Shown in pieces: positions 52,552 to 64,000 of a DNA stretch of 64,000 bases. A program made the translations under genes and the position numbers. Location of the stretch: positions 77,006,001 through 77,070,000 of the forward strand of contig NW_024704742.1 in the NCBI RefSeq assembly GCF_018977255.1, in the 5' to 3' direction. Each line of letters begins with the position of its first letter. Within the stretch, counting starts at the first letter, position 1. A model generated the notes under the pieces. That model searched no databases, had not been told where the DNA came from, and saw nothing but the letters and a program-made list of their open reading frames with translations. The DNA is from Callorhinchus milii. Taxonomy: Eukaryota.

Positions 52552-54569
52552 GTAAGACTGTGTATATTTACTTAAAGATTTTTAGCTAATAGTCGAATCT
52601 CTAGAATTGAATTCCACGAAACCAGATCATTGCTTCCTGTATGTATTGTACATTCTTGCTTTGTTGTTTAGGAGTCAGGAAATAATTAATATTCTAATGA
52701 TGCTGCTTGAAATTACAGTACCGAAAACATGCCCCAATCATTCTAATTTAATGATACGTTCATGATTTTCATATGTGTGGAATTGACAGTATCTGTATAA
52801 AGGACTCCAAGCCAGGGGTTCCATATTACCTACACCTCTATATCACTGGCAATTGGTATATGAGAACTCATTTAAATAGCAGCTTGATGCTGTGATGAGG
52901 GACGGTAGGATGTTTAGGATGAGATCGATTGGGCTGAAGGGCCTTCTTCATCCAAAACAATCTTGTCATCCTGTGACATTTTAAATTGTGATTCTCTGCA
53001 CAGTAGATTGTTACCTCATTGGTTTTCAGAGGGAATATGTTGGATTCACCTTACAGTGTCATTGGAGAAAAAAAGAGAGAGAACTGCACAGCTCCTGAAT
53101 GACTCAACAAGGTTTCATACAGAGATTAGCTGAGACAAGCAGGCCCCAGATTCAATCTCAGGTTTGCACTGTGCAAACTCATCTTAACTGGGGTAGCAAT
53201 AAGGGCTTCCTGAGTTAGTGTGGGGCAATCAGCCAGGGTTCCTCTTCTGATCAGTATCCAGTGACCTTGCTGGAATGTGACATTAAATTGATGTCCCATC
53301 TGGATGTGCAAGATTCAATGGCTCTGAGTCAGAAGGCTGAGGGTTCAAGCCCTACGTCGGATCATTGAACTTACATAGTCTTGACTGGCACTCCAGTGCA
53401 GTGATGGAGGTTTGCTGTATTGTTGGAGGTGCCATCCTTCAGATGAGACATTAAACTGAAATCATGTTTGCCTGTTCAGGTGGATATTAAAGATTCCATG
53501 GCACTATTTGGGGAGAGAGGGGAGTATTTCTCAGTTTACTGGCCAACAATCCCCCAAATAAAATTGGTCAGTAAATCCTGTAAAGTACTTTATGATATGG
53601 AGCTGCAGGATTTGCAAGGATTATTATAATTAAATACAAGGATTATATTATTTATATGAGAAGTGTGTGTGAAACATCCTCCAGTATGCTTATTTGTGTA
53701 AGTAACCAAGGAATATTTTTATAGCATTTTTATTAATTAATATTTTTCAATCATTAATTTCACAAATAAGAATATCTATAATTCTTCTGTATATGTGTGT
53801 TTACATATGGTTTACCCACAGTTTACACAGGGCACATGTGTCATTCCATCTCCCATAAAATAACACTACATTTTCAAAGAGAGAATAACTGCATCATGTG
53901 CATTTCATTGGTGCAGATGAAGACATGAAACTTTCCATCAAACATGAGCTACAAATTTTATAGCCTTTCACATGGAAAATTGTCTCACCAGCTACCCTAC
54001 TCTCAACCACTATCTAGTGTCCTCTGTAGTATGATATGTAGTGCGTAAACACACTTGAATTTGTTTTTATTTTATCGAAAATAAATATTACACATAATTC
54101 AGAGAAACAGAGGAAATACTTTACCTGTGTTTGTCCTGTTTTTCCTTCTTTTCTCCTGTTCTCCCTCTCTTTTTTAGTTTTACACATTTTACCTACTCTA
54201 AATTGAAAACTGTTTACAGTACATGCAGTTCTTTTCTGTCTTCCCACTCTCCTACTTACAGCATAATTAGAGTTAACTGCTACATTACACAAGCCATCAG
54301 TTACATGTGAACCTTTACAGTGAATGTTGGTAAGCTAACACAGCTGAGACAATCCTGTCCACACATTTTCAACTTCAGCAGAGATTTCTAGATAAAGATC
54401 AACTTGGCTGAGTTTTTTTTTACCCTCTCTAACCAAGGCACATTGAAGCAATTTTAGCGCTCCAGCTGAGGTTCACTAAATCAACTTGGTTTTGAACCTA
54501 TGGATTGTCTGTTCCATGTAGTCTGGAGCTACATCAACGTCAATGGAGGATAAACTCAGGGCACATGGA

Positions 54570-56540
54570 ATGGGGGAAGCATAGTAGTTGAATAGGAAGG
54601 TGATTGAAGGCTGGAAAGTAGGGAAGGGAGTAGGGCTAAAATGCCTCCATTTAGTATGCCACAGGGATCCATGTTGGGGCCTCACCACTTTTCCATTATA
54701 TCAATAACCTGGATATAGGGGGTATGGAATCAAAGTTTGCAGATGATACCAAGCTACGAAGTATAGTGATTAGGGTGGCAAGAGACCAAGAGAATTTAAA
54801 CAAATTATTGGAATAGGCTGATCAGTGGCAAATGAAGTTTAATGAAACAAAATATGAGGTGATTCATTTTGGTTGAAAAAAACAAGGGAATATATATTGA
54901 ATGGCAGTAAGAAGCTGAGCCGCAATGGGATTTGGGAGTCCAGGTATAGAAGTCATCGAAAGTGACATTGCAAGTGGAAAAGGCTACAAAGAAAGCTCAC
55001 AGCATGCTGGGTTTTATATATAGGGGCATAGAATACAAAAGCAAAGCAATAATGCTAAGTTTGTACAAGTCACTGGTTAGACCGCGTCCAGGTTTGGGCA
55101 CCTCACTTCAGGAAAGATGTTAAGGCCTTAAAGAGTGTGCAGAAGGAGTTCAGTAGAATTATTATGGGATGAAAAGCTACAGTTACGAGGAGAAATTGGA
55201 CAAGCTGGTCTGATTTCATTGGAGTAATGACCGATATCCTGACAGCTGCCTGTCTGACATTGAGTCCTGGACGAGAGACAACTTTCTTCAGCTCAACGTG
55301 CGTATAACTGAGGCCCTCCTGATTGGCTCACGTCAGCGCCTCCGCACCTCAGGCGCTGACAGCATCAGCATCCAAGGCTGCACTCTCCACCTCTCAAAGC
55401 CAGTCAGGAACCTCGGTGTTCTGTTCAACCCTGAGCTGTTCTTTCTCCCTCATATCCGCGCCACAACTGGCACCGCCTTCCATCACCTCCGGAATATCGC
55501 CAGACTACGGCACTACCTCACCCCTCACGCTGCTGAAACTCTGCTCCACGCCTTTATCACCTCAAGGCTGGACTATGGGAACTCTCTCCTCGCCGGCCTT
55601 CCCGCCACCTCCCTCCACAAGCTGCAGGTCATTCAGAACTCTGCAGCTCGTGTACTGTCCCGCACCAGGCTTCGTGACCACATCACTCCCACCCTCGCTC
55701 GCCTCCACTGGCTCCCCATCCCCCAGAGGATTGAATTCAAGATCCTCATCTACAAAGCCATTCACAGCCTTGCTCCCTCCTACCTCTCTGATCTACTAAC
55801 CCCCTAATTATCTGCCCGTACCCTCCGTTCCTCTGGCTCCGGTCTGCTCCACATCCCCCGCCCCAACCGCCCTACCATCAGTGGCCGGGCCTTCAGCCCC
55901 AAAGCTCTGGAACTCTATCCCCCAGTGCCTTCGCCTTGCTTCCTCCCTTTCCTCCTTCAAGGCCGGTCTCAAGACCTTTCTCTTCGACCGTGCCTTCAGC
56001 TCCCCTCTCGACTCTCTACCCCCTCCTCGCTCCCTCCCTTCCCTCTCCTCACCCTGACCATTTCCCCCCTACTCGGGTCCTGACCCAACTGTACAACGCC
56101 TTGGCACGTTCTCCCGACGTGAAAGGCGCTCTATAAATGGAATCTTGTTGTTGTCTTGTTGTTGTTGGAGTAGAGAAGGTTGAACCGGGTGTGAAAGACA
56201 AAGTTGTGCAAAATTATGAAGAGACAGGGAGAAGTTATTTCTGTTGATATAGTCAGTGACTTGATGACATAGTTATAAGATAGCCACAATACCAGCGAAA
56301 GAAGAACTTAGGAGGACTTTTTTCACCAAGCCGAGTTGTTGGGATGTGGAATGTCCTGTCAAGTAGGGTCAGGTACCATTGTAGCTTTGAAGAGTGAAGT
56401 TGACATGACTGTGAAAGAGAGAAGCTTGAAGGGGTATGAGGCAGGGCAATGGGACTGAATCAATCTCCTTATTCTGTGAGCTGGTGTGGACAATATGGGC
56501 CAGAAAGCCTCCTTCTGCGCTGTGGATTTCTATATTTCCT
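54570..56540 (+). mobile_element. CR1 LINE fragment (54570-55226 and 56165-56540) split by an L2 insertion
   Basis: PQGSMLG, KFADDTKL, LYKSLVRP motifs; sequence continues across the insert. Confidence 0.88.
55227..56164 (+). mobile_element. Young 5'-truncated L2 LINE with 8-bp TSD ttggagta
   Basis: ORF 55298..55807 (SRLDYGNSLL...LHWLPIPQRIEFKIL), 3' UTR and (TTG)n tail. Confidence 0.93.
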
Positions 56541-58215
56541 TTCTACTGGATACCCATAGGTGCTCTGGATGTCAGCCTAATGGCCTGTAATTTAAAATAA
56601 AATGGAAGAGTATTTATTAGTCCTGTGTTCAATGAGCTATAACTGGTTTTGGACAGTTTTTTTCTTCCGCCCATACACACTTCTAAGATCATTTCCCTAA
56701 TTATTCTTGGATCCATTTAATTTGCTCCAGATGTTTTATGATCCATTATTTTTACTGTCATTTCATTATTCTCCTCTATTTTCCATGACCTTGGGTACAT
56801 TTCTCAGATGGCAACTTTATTAAAACTAGAGTAACTACTGCCTATTTTTTCTGCTGTCAAAGCTTTCACAAGAAATAATCTAAGATCTACTAATTATAAT
56901 ATTACTATACTAATAATAATCCTTGCATTTTGATATAGCGCCATATCACGTCTTTGAGACGTCTCAAAGCACTTCACAGAATATACTGTGAAATGAATTG
57001 ACTGTATATTTCATGGGCGAAGCATGGCAACCAATTTTGCACAGCAGTGTCCCACAAACAGTCGTGGATTGAGTGACCAATTTATTATTTTATTATTGTG
57101 CTAGATTCATCACCTAGCTGTACAACATACCTAGACTTACTATAATTAATATATATAACTGATAGATGTATGACATTAGATAATACACTAATTGTACAAT
57201 ATGAAGAAATGACAAAATTGTACCATATCTATATGAATTGTTGACATTAAATTCTGGGTGAAGGATTGAGGTCCACAATATAGGATACCAGAAGAGTGGA
57301 ATGGCCAAGGTATTGGCAAATAATCATTTGATGGCAAAGTTGGATGCTAAATTGAGATTATTGGAGGAGGGAAATACTGTGCTGTGAAAAAGTAAAGGGT
57401 TCACATCTTTAAGGTCTTGGGGAAAAATGTATTAGAGTAGGAGCCAGGGCCTTGATTTTTACGTAGTAAGGAAGGATAATAAGTAGATGCAGGGAACATG
57501 TAGAGTACCATACATATGGAGTTGGGGAGGAACAAGGAAGGAAATACATAGGTCAGTTCGAAGATTCATGCCTCATTTCCTGTGATTGTTTTTTTACTGC
57601 TTCATTGAGTTCTGTTAATGAACTGTTTGTTGGAATGGCATATTTGGGGCATGGATTAATTCCTGTTTTAACAGAGACCTTCTGGTTTACAGAAAAAGTG
57701 TAGATTGCAGTTGCATATTTGGGTGTAATTGTTTTCATTTCAAACAATAGCATCTGTAGACAGTTAAAATTATATACCTTGAAGCTTAATTATTTGGTCT
57801 AGATTTTTCATATAAATCAATGAAATCCAGCTAGAATAACTATTTGAGCATAGTTTGAACAACCTTCTATTACTCTAAGACAAGTAGCAAATCAACAAGT
57901 GTTTTTTTAAATATATATTTTTATTATGTGATATAAATGCAGGAAGCAGAGTATTTGAATTTTAACATTTGGTGATTTTAATACATCAAGAAAAGTGGTG
58001 AATAAGATTTTTTTTAACTATCGATAAAAAGGAGCTGCAATAAATGGTGTAACTTTATAACACACCTGTTGTGAGATTGGTAGCAATGTTTTGTCAATGA
58101 AAATAATCATTTTAGTCCCTTTGCACAGAGGCTTTGTTTTACTTGTATTTACAGAGCAAGTAGGACCAGAATCCCTGTTAAAGGTGTGTATTATTTTATT
58201 CTTTCATTTCTGTAG

Positions 58216-58271
58216 ATGGTGAATCAAGAAAACATATTGAAGGCTGCCTTGCCTTTGACTCTCTTTGCCAG
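58216..58271 (+). CDS. FREM1: Putative alternative 5' extension of exon 24 giving a TILRR-like short FREM1 isoform (MVNQENILKAALPLTLFAR)
   Basis: Acceptor ttctttcatttctgtag immediately followed by in-frame ATG; peptide resembles recalled human TILRR N-terminus MVTQESMLKAALPLFTR. Confidence 0.75.
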
Positions 58272-58686
58272 ATTCATTGTCAGCAATGGGCTGTCCAGCA
58301 GAAACGGAAGCTTTGAGATCATCATTGAAAACGCTGATCGTACCTTGCCCACCCTATCGAAAAACCAGGGGATCCATTTGGTTGAAGGTTCCATGATTGT
58401 CATTGCCCCAGAAGTGCTACATCTGTCTGATCCTGATACTCCATCCAGGAATCTGACCTACATCATAGCACAGCATCCACAGTATGGGCAGCTCTATCTC
58501 AGAGGGACCGTTCTTCAACAGGACAACTTCACGCAGTTGGACATTGACAATATGGATGTAGCTTACAAACATGGTGGAGGGGATTCACAGATTGACAGGT
58601 TCACCTTTATAGTCTCTGATAGGAGCAACCAAGGCTTCCTGGTCAATGGAAAGATGCAGACTGAGCCAGCTACATTCACAATCGAG
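58272..58686 (+). CDS. FREM1: FREM1 coding exon 24 (FIVSNGL...PATFTIE)
   Basis: ttgccag| acceptor phase 2; GC donor GAG|gcaagt phase 0. Confidence 0.94.
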
Positions 58687-59577
58687 GCAAGTAACTAGAG
58701 ATTATTATGTATTTTTTATAAAGAGCATACCTCAACAACATACAGTAAACTGCAGATAATTTAACACTCTAAGGGACAAATGACCAGTTATCCCGAGTGG
58801 CAAGTTAGGTAAATGTATAAATACATAAATAAACATGTCAGGTATATTGACAGCCTGATGATTTAAATGGTAGTGACCAGTTAAGCCAGGGTCCAGTTAT
58901 CAAGAGTTTACTGTAATGTGTCTGGTGCAACAGTAGAGCACAGAATGAGGCTATCAGAGGCTGAACCTTCCCATGGTTGAGGTTTGAACTCTGGCTTCCT
59001 CCAGTGTATATTTTGATGGGGAAGCACTGAGATTGGGGGAGAGAGATGTTCTCAAGAAGAAGCATTGACCATAAATGTGGATATTCGCACTGAGACCATT
59101 CTGATGTCTATTCTCTTTCTGAGGTAGCTCTCTTTCACCACCTCAGAAAGAGAATAGACATCAGAATAGACATCAGAGTTAAAACCAAGTACCTAAAACC
59201 TGTTCAGGTAGACATTATAGATCCCATGGCACTATTCAAAAAAGAGAAGGGAGTTTCTCCCAGTCTCCTAGCCAACACTTCCCAGATTTAAAAACACAGT
59301 CATTCACTTCATGACTTGATGGGACGATGTTGTGCAGAAATTAGCTGCTGGTTTGCTTACAAAATACGCAGTCACTACACTTTACAGTAAAGTCTTGTGA
59401 AGCACCTTTAGATATCTGGATGACGTGATAAGGCGCTATATCAAATGAAAGGATTATTACTATTATTATGGTTGCTTGTTGGCTAAAAATACCTTAATAA
59501 TAGATGTCTCACTTTAACATGTGAATGAAAATGACCTGTAAGAAGCAGTTTGAAGCTAACATCTTACCTTTGTCCAG

Positions 59578-59779
59578 GTGGACTACGTGGACAAGGCTGC
59601 CCCAAGGATAATTTACCTTCGATGTCCATCAAAAGTTGACGTTTTGAAAAATGGACGATATGGAATTTATATCTCTTCTCGATCCTTGAAGGCATCAGAT
59701 ATTGACAGCAAAGATGAAGAGATTATTTTCCGCATCCTGAGCCCTCCACTCTTTGGGTACCTGGAAAATGTCACTAGCG
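59578..59779 (+). CDS. FREM1: FREM1 coding exon 25 ([10 protein letters not shown]...YLENVTS)
   Basis: gtccag| and G|gtatgc, phase 0 to 1. Confidence 0.95.
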
Positions 59780-60922
59780 GTATGCTTCTAACTCATTTAA
59801 TAGCTTTATTCAGCCTTTATCCATTTTTACTGCCATATCTTTAAATACTCTCCAGTATTTATACTGGGCTCACTAGGTGCTGTGCACACACTTTACATTT
59901 CAGTTTTGGAAGTTTTTCTTAAAAACATTTTGGTAACTTTTGTTTGAATTGTCGTTTGTCAAAGGTTTATAAGTCAACTTAAAGTTCCCTAAAACCGTCT
60001 GAATTGCTGAAAGATTAACCTTAACCTGCAAACCTGTGGGTACCATTCCTCTGTACTTTCAACCAATTTAAAGTACAAAATATCTATTCATAATAACTGG
60101 TAGGGTTCAGGGTTCTGGGTGTTTTCCTGCCAATATAGTTCTTACAATGCATGGTAAACCACCTGCATAATACTGTTTTAAAGAAAAACTTAAAGACGTG
60201 TTGTAAGAAAGATATTCTGTAAGGCTTTTCTACTGAGACGGGAGCCAGCAACTGAGAGTAATATAGTGGCTCTGCATTTGCCTGGAAAATATGCAATCGC
60301 ATATGTGATTGTACTGTCAAAAATCAAGTTGGGTGGCCTTTACAAAGTCAATATTTTTACTAGGAATCTGAGTAGGAGTTTATTTTTAAATGCAAAATCT
60401 GAACTTTTAACGTAGGATCACAGAATAGCACAAAACAAAGGAACTAATGAAAGGTTGACCAATGCTGCAGTGTGATGAGAGCAGACATGCAAGAAAAAAA
60501 CTGTAAAAGTTATATTGGGTGATTGGTCATGGAGGGTGGGCAAAGCACCTTGATACTAGTTAGCTTTGATTCTGGTCTTTTTCCCAGTTACATGGCAGCT
60601 ATGAGAGTAAATGTTTTAAGAATTTATGTAGATAAGTGCACAATGCATCTAACCTCATGCAAATACAAAAAGATGTATATGTTTGCACTCATGCACAAAT
60701 GGCACTGTGTCCCATTGCCATGGCTTCGACTGATCCATCTCCAAGGAGGGTTTGTTTCAAGTAACTGCAACACTGGGAAATTTAGCCTCTTTTCATTATG
60801 GACTACCTGCTGTGATTATGCTCACCTCTGAATTCAAACTCATCATGTCATTGCCATACAAACTACTGTTCACACCTTCATGGAAAGATTAATCTTGGTG
60901 ATGATTTATTCCTGTTCTTTAG

Positions 60923-61067
60923 GAGGATTCATTCATAATACGTTCACACAAAGGGACCTGAATAGCAAGACCATCCTTTACATCATTAACCCCTCTGTGG
61001 AGGTGACATCCGACACTCTGGAATTTCAGGTTTCAGATCGCACAGGAAACTCGGCCATCCCTCAAAT
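60923..61067 (+). CDS. FREM1: FREM1 coding exon 26 ([16 protein letters not shown]...GNSAIPQ)
   Basis: ctttag| and AT|gtaaga, phase 1 to 2. Confidence 0.95.
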
Positions 61068-61474
61068 GTAAGATCTTTGGCTTAAAATCAATGTTTCTCC
61101 AATCATATTTTACTAGCAAATGCAGGATAGACTGGGGCTCTTGGAAATTAACAGTAATAGTTGAAATTGTTATACTGATTAGTTGCAGTCAGAATTTTGT
61201 TCATGGGCAATTTAAGCTCTCTCTCATTACTGCTCATAATAATGCACTGCACAGTGTGGCACAGCATGGGGTATTATAGCATGATCCAGCATTACTTTCA
61301 GAGGCTTTGTTGTGCTATTTTCTGGCTCATGTTTTAGTAACAGGACAGTCATGGAATATAAATGGAGCAGATGATGTGATTGTAATCAAAGGGAAAGGCA
61401 TTGAGAGTGCTGTGCAAGCCTCTAACTATCTGTAGAGCAATTCAACAACAAATTACATTTGTATAGCTATATTT

Positions 61475-63360
61475 CTGTTCTCCACCACCAACCGGCTCAT
61501 CTACCCTCCCTGCCATGCCTCGCAGATGCTTTCCTCTGACTCTCACTGCAAGAAAATGCTGGACTTCCTCAAGTCCAAAATCGAGGGAATACGTTCAGCT
61601 GCCACAGCCCTCACAACTTCCAACCCCTCCCTACCCTCCCCCACACAATTACCCATCTGAAAATTACCCATTCCTCCTTCCACACCTTTGAACCTGTCAC
61701 CACCTCCTCTGTCTTCACCACCGTAACCTCCATGAAGCCCACCACCTGCTCCCTGGATCCCATCCCCACCCCTCTCCTTAAATCCCAGCTCCACCTCCTT
61801 GCCCCACTACTCGCTGATATCATTAACCTCTTCCTGTCATCTGACACTGTTCCTTCCCCCCTCAAAACAGCCATTATCATTCCCACCTTGAAGAAACCTT
61901 CCTTTGACCCATCACAGCTATCCAGCTATTGGCCCATCTCAAACCTCCCTTTCCTATCCAAGGTCTTGAATGAGCTGTTGCCTCCCAGATTTACTCTTTT
62001 CTTGTCTCCCACTCCCTCCAAGCGCCCCTCCAATCGGGTTTCCGTGCTGCCCACAGCACGGAAACTGCTCTGGTCAAGGTCACAAACAACATCCTGACCA
62101 TGTGTGACCAGGGCTCCCTGTGCTTCCTCATCCTCCTCGACCTCTCCGCCGCCTTTGACACCATAACCACTCAATCCTCCTCCACTACCTCTCCTCCCAC
62201 CTCAACCTTCAAGGTTCTGTTCTTGACTGGTTCAGTTCCTACCTTTCACACCGCCTCCACTTCGTCGTGGCAAACAGCATCTCCTCCAGCCCCCGCATGT
62301 CTCATGCAGTGTTCCTCAGGGCTCTATCCTCCGCCCCCTCCTCTTCACCCTCTACACACTCCCCCTTGGTGACATCATCCGCAGACATGGGGTAAATTTC
62401 CACATGTATGCGGATGACACCCAACTCTACCTCTCTGCCTCCACCCTCAACTCCAGGACTACTGACGTTCTGACCGACTGCCTGTCTGACATCAAGTCCT
62501 GGACGAGGGACAACTTTCTCCAACTCAACGTCAGCAAGACCAAGGCCCCCCTGATTGGCTCATGCCAGTGCCTCCGCACCTCAGGCGCTGGCAGCATCAG
62601 CCTCCATGGCTGCACATTCAACCTCACTAGGCCTGTCAGGAACCTGGGTGTCTTGTTTGACCCTGAACTGTCCTTTCTCTCCCACATCTGTGCCATGACC
62701 GGCACTGCCTACCACCTCCGCAACATTGCCAGACTCCGCCACTGCCTCACCCCTCAGGCTGCTGAAACCCTCATCCATTTGTCACCTCAAGGCTCGATTA
62801 CAGGAACTTCCTCCTCATCGGCCTTCCCAACTCTTTCCTTCACGACCTGCAGATCATCCAAAACTCTGCAGCTCGTGTACTCTCACGCACCAGGTTCTGT
62901 GACCCCATCACTCCCACCCTCAGAAGCTGGGCAACACTTTAAACAATTCACATCAGATGTTGTACATTAAATTGCTAGTTCATTGCAAGTAACATAGAAT
63001 TTACTCTGAGTTGGTACTGTTTTTGCCTGGTCCTCACCTTTAAAGCCCTCCACAGTCTTGCTCCTTGCTACCGCTGTGACTTCCTAACCTCCTACCAACC
63101 TGTCCACTCCCTCCCCTCAACGGACTCCGGCCTGCTTCACATCTTCCGCCTTGCCCGCCACACCATCGGTGAGTGTGCCATCAGCCTCTCTGCTCCCACC
63201 CTCTGGAAATCCATCCACAGTCCCTCCCCCTCCCCACTCCCTTGCCTCCTTCAAGACTTGTCTCAAGACCCTCCTCTTTGACCGTGCAGTCAGTCAACCT
63301 CCTACCCCCACCCTCCCCATCCTCTACCCTGGTGTTGAGAGTGGGATGGTGAAGGTGAGA
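61475..63360 (+). mobile_element. L2 LINE RT fragment (61475-62920) plus separated 3' end (63040-63360)
   Basis: [38 protein letters not shown] motifs with frameshifts. Confidence 0.92.
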
Positions 63361-64000
63361 GCAATATGAGGATGATGCTCGTGCGGTGAGAGGGATGCTC
63401 TTGGTCCAGACCATTCAACTAAAAAAAGCAATGTTTTCTCCTGGATTTGTTATGCATGTGTGCAGAAACTGTGACACAACTGTGTACATTTTGGATATGT
63501 GGAAGATTTGAGACCTGTTTTTCCAATAATACTTTCAGCCTCCGGCCCTTTTTCCTGTGGTTTACCATCTGTTTAGTAGGCAGCTGAAATGTCAACATAT
63601 CACACCTTGCACAGATATATGCAAGGGAATGTCACCTGCAGTGGCAACAGCATTCAGGGGCAACGGGGAACAAAACATGTTCATTCTCCAACACCTTTCA
63701 GTTGACCGACAATTTGACCTATAATAAAGGAAACTTCTCCTGCCCGGTTTCAATGTGTCTACAAATCACAAAGCACTTTGCTCACAGACCGAGTCATCTC
63801 CAAATCACAAATTATACCCTTTTAATTATACATTCAGTTGTACATTTATTCAATTATGTAAAACCCGATTCTTCAAGTGGATATGCCTTTGGTACTTGCC
63901 ATTTACTCTGCTTTAATTCTTAGTAGTGTGACAAGAGTATATGCTTTCTGCACTGTTGTTTTGCAGTCTCGAACTCAAATGGTCTCGTATTGAAATGGCA

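Larger units (their letters stand above)
16470..61067 (+). other. FREM1: FREM1 gene span (partial; continues 3' of window), 26 coding exons
   Basis: Spliced translation of exons flanked by AG/GT(GC) follows FREM1 colinearly (e.g. [55 protein letters not shown]); phases consistent except in exon 5. Confidence 0.96.

Noticed and set aside
16668..61067. Calling the whole gene a pseudogene
   Set aside because: Only one lesion, beside a homopolymer; all other exons and splice sites are intact
16668..61067. FREM2, FREM3 or FRAS1 identity
   Set aside because: FREM2/3 encode the CSPG repeats in one giant exon and FRAS1 starts with VWC/furin repeats; sequence and multi-exon layout fit FREM1, though a FREM1 paralogue is not excluded
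55298..62970. Functional or domesticated reverse transcriptase genes
   Set aside because: Truncated, frameshifted L2 fragments
1..64000. CRISPR arrays, operons or prokaryotic defence systems
   Set aside because: No regularly spaced repeats or gene-dense coding; the sequence is spliceosomal vertebrate DNA

Overview
Eukaryotic, intron-rich vertebrate DNA, not prokaryotic. The window holds the 5' ~80% of a FREM1 (FRAS1-related extracellular matrix protein 1 / QBRICK) gene on the + strand. I traced 26 coding exons from the ATG at 16668 to 61067, about 5.2 kb of CDS (~1,730 aa: signal peptide, N-terminal NV region, CSPG/cadherin-like repeats). The Calx-beta and C-type-lectin exons should lie beyond the window. 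Splice phases chain consistently across all exons except for a one-base frameshift in coding exon 5 (~23735-23741). Introns and the upstream 16 kb are filled with Deu-domain tRNA SINEs, tRNA-Ala-headed SINEs, L2 and CR1 LINE fragments, a Penelope-like element and hAT-type MITEs. This repeat content suggests a cartilaginous fish, probably a chimaera (inference). Most notable: (1) an alternative acceptor plus ATG at 58216 encoding MVNQENILKAALPLTLFAR, resembling my recollection of the unique N-terminus of the mammalian TILRR short isoform; (2) the exon-5 frameshift with a nearby in-frame cryptic donor; (3) the integrin-binding RGD replaced by WGD; (4) two GC-AG introns; (5) a minimal hammerhead-ribozyme motif in the Penelope 3' end; (6) several near-perfect hairpins and local duplications. 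I found no wholly new multi-gene system. Most ORF-track entries are spurious or TE-derived. Comparisons with human FREM1 and repeat families are from memory, not a database search, and repeat boundaries are approximate.
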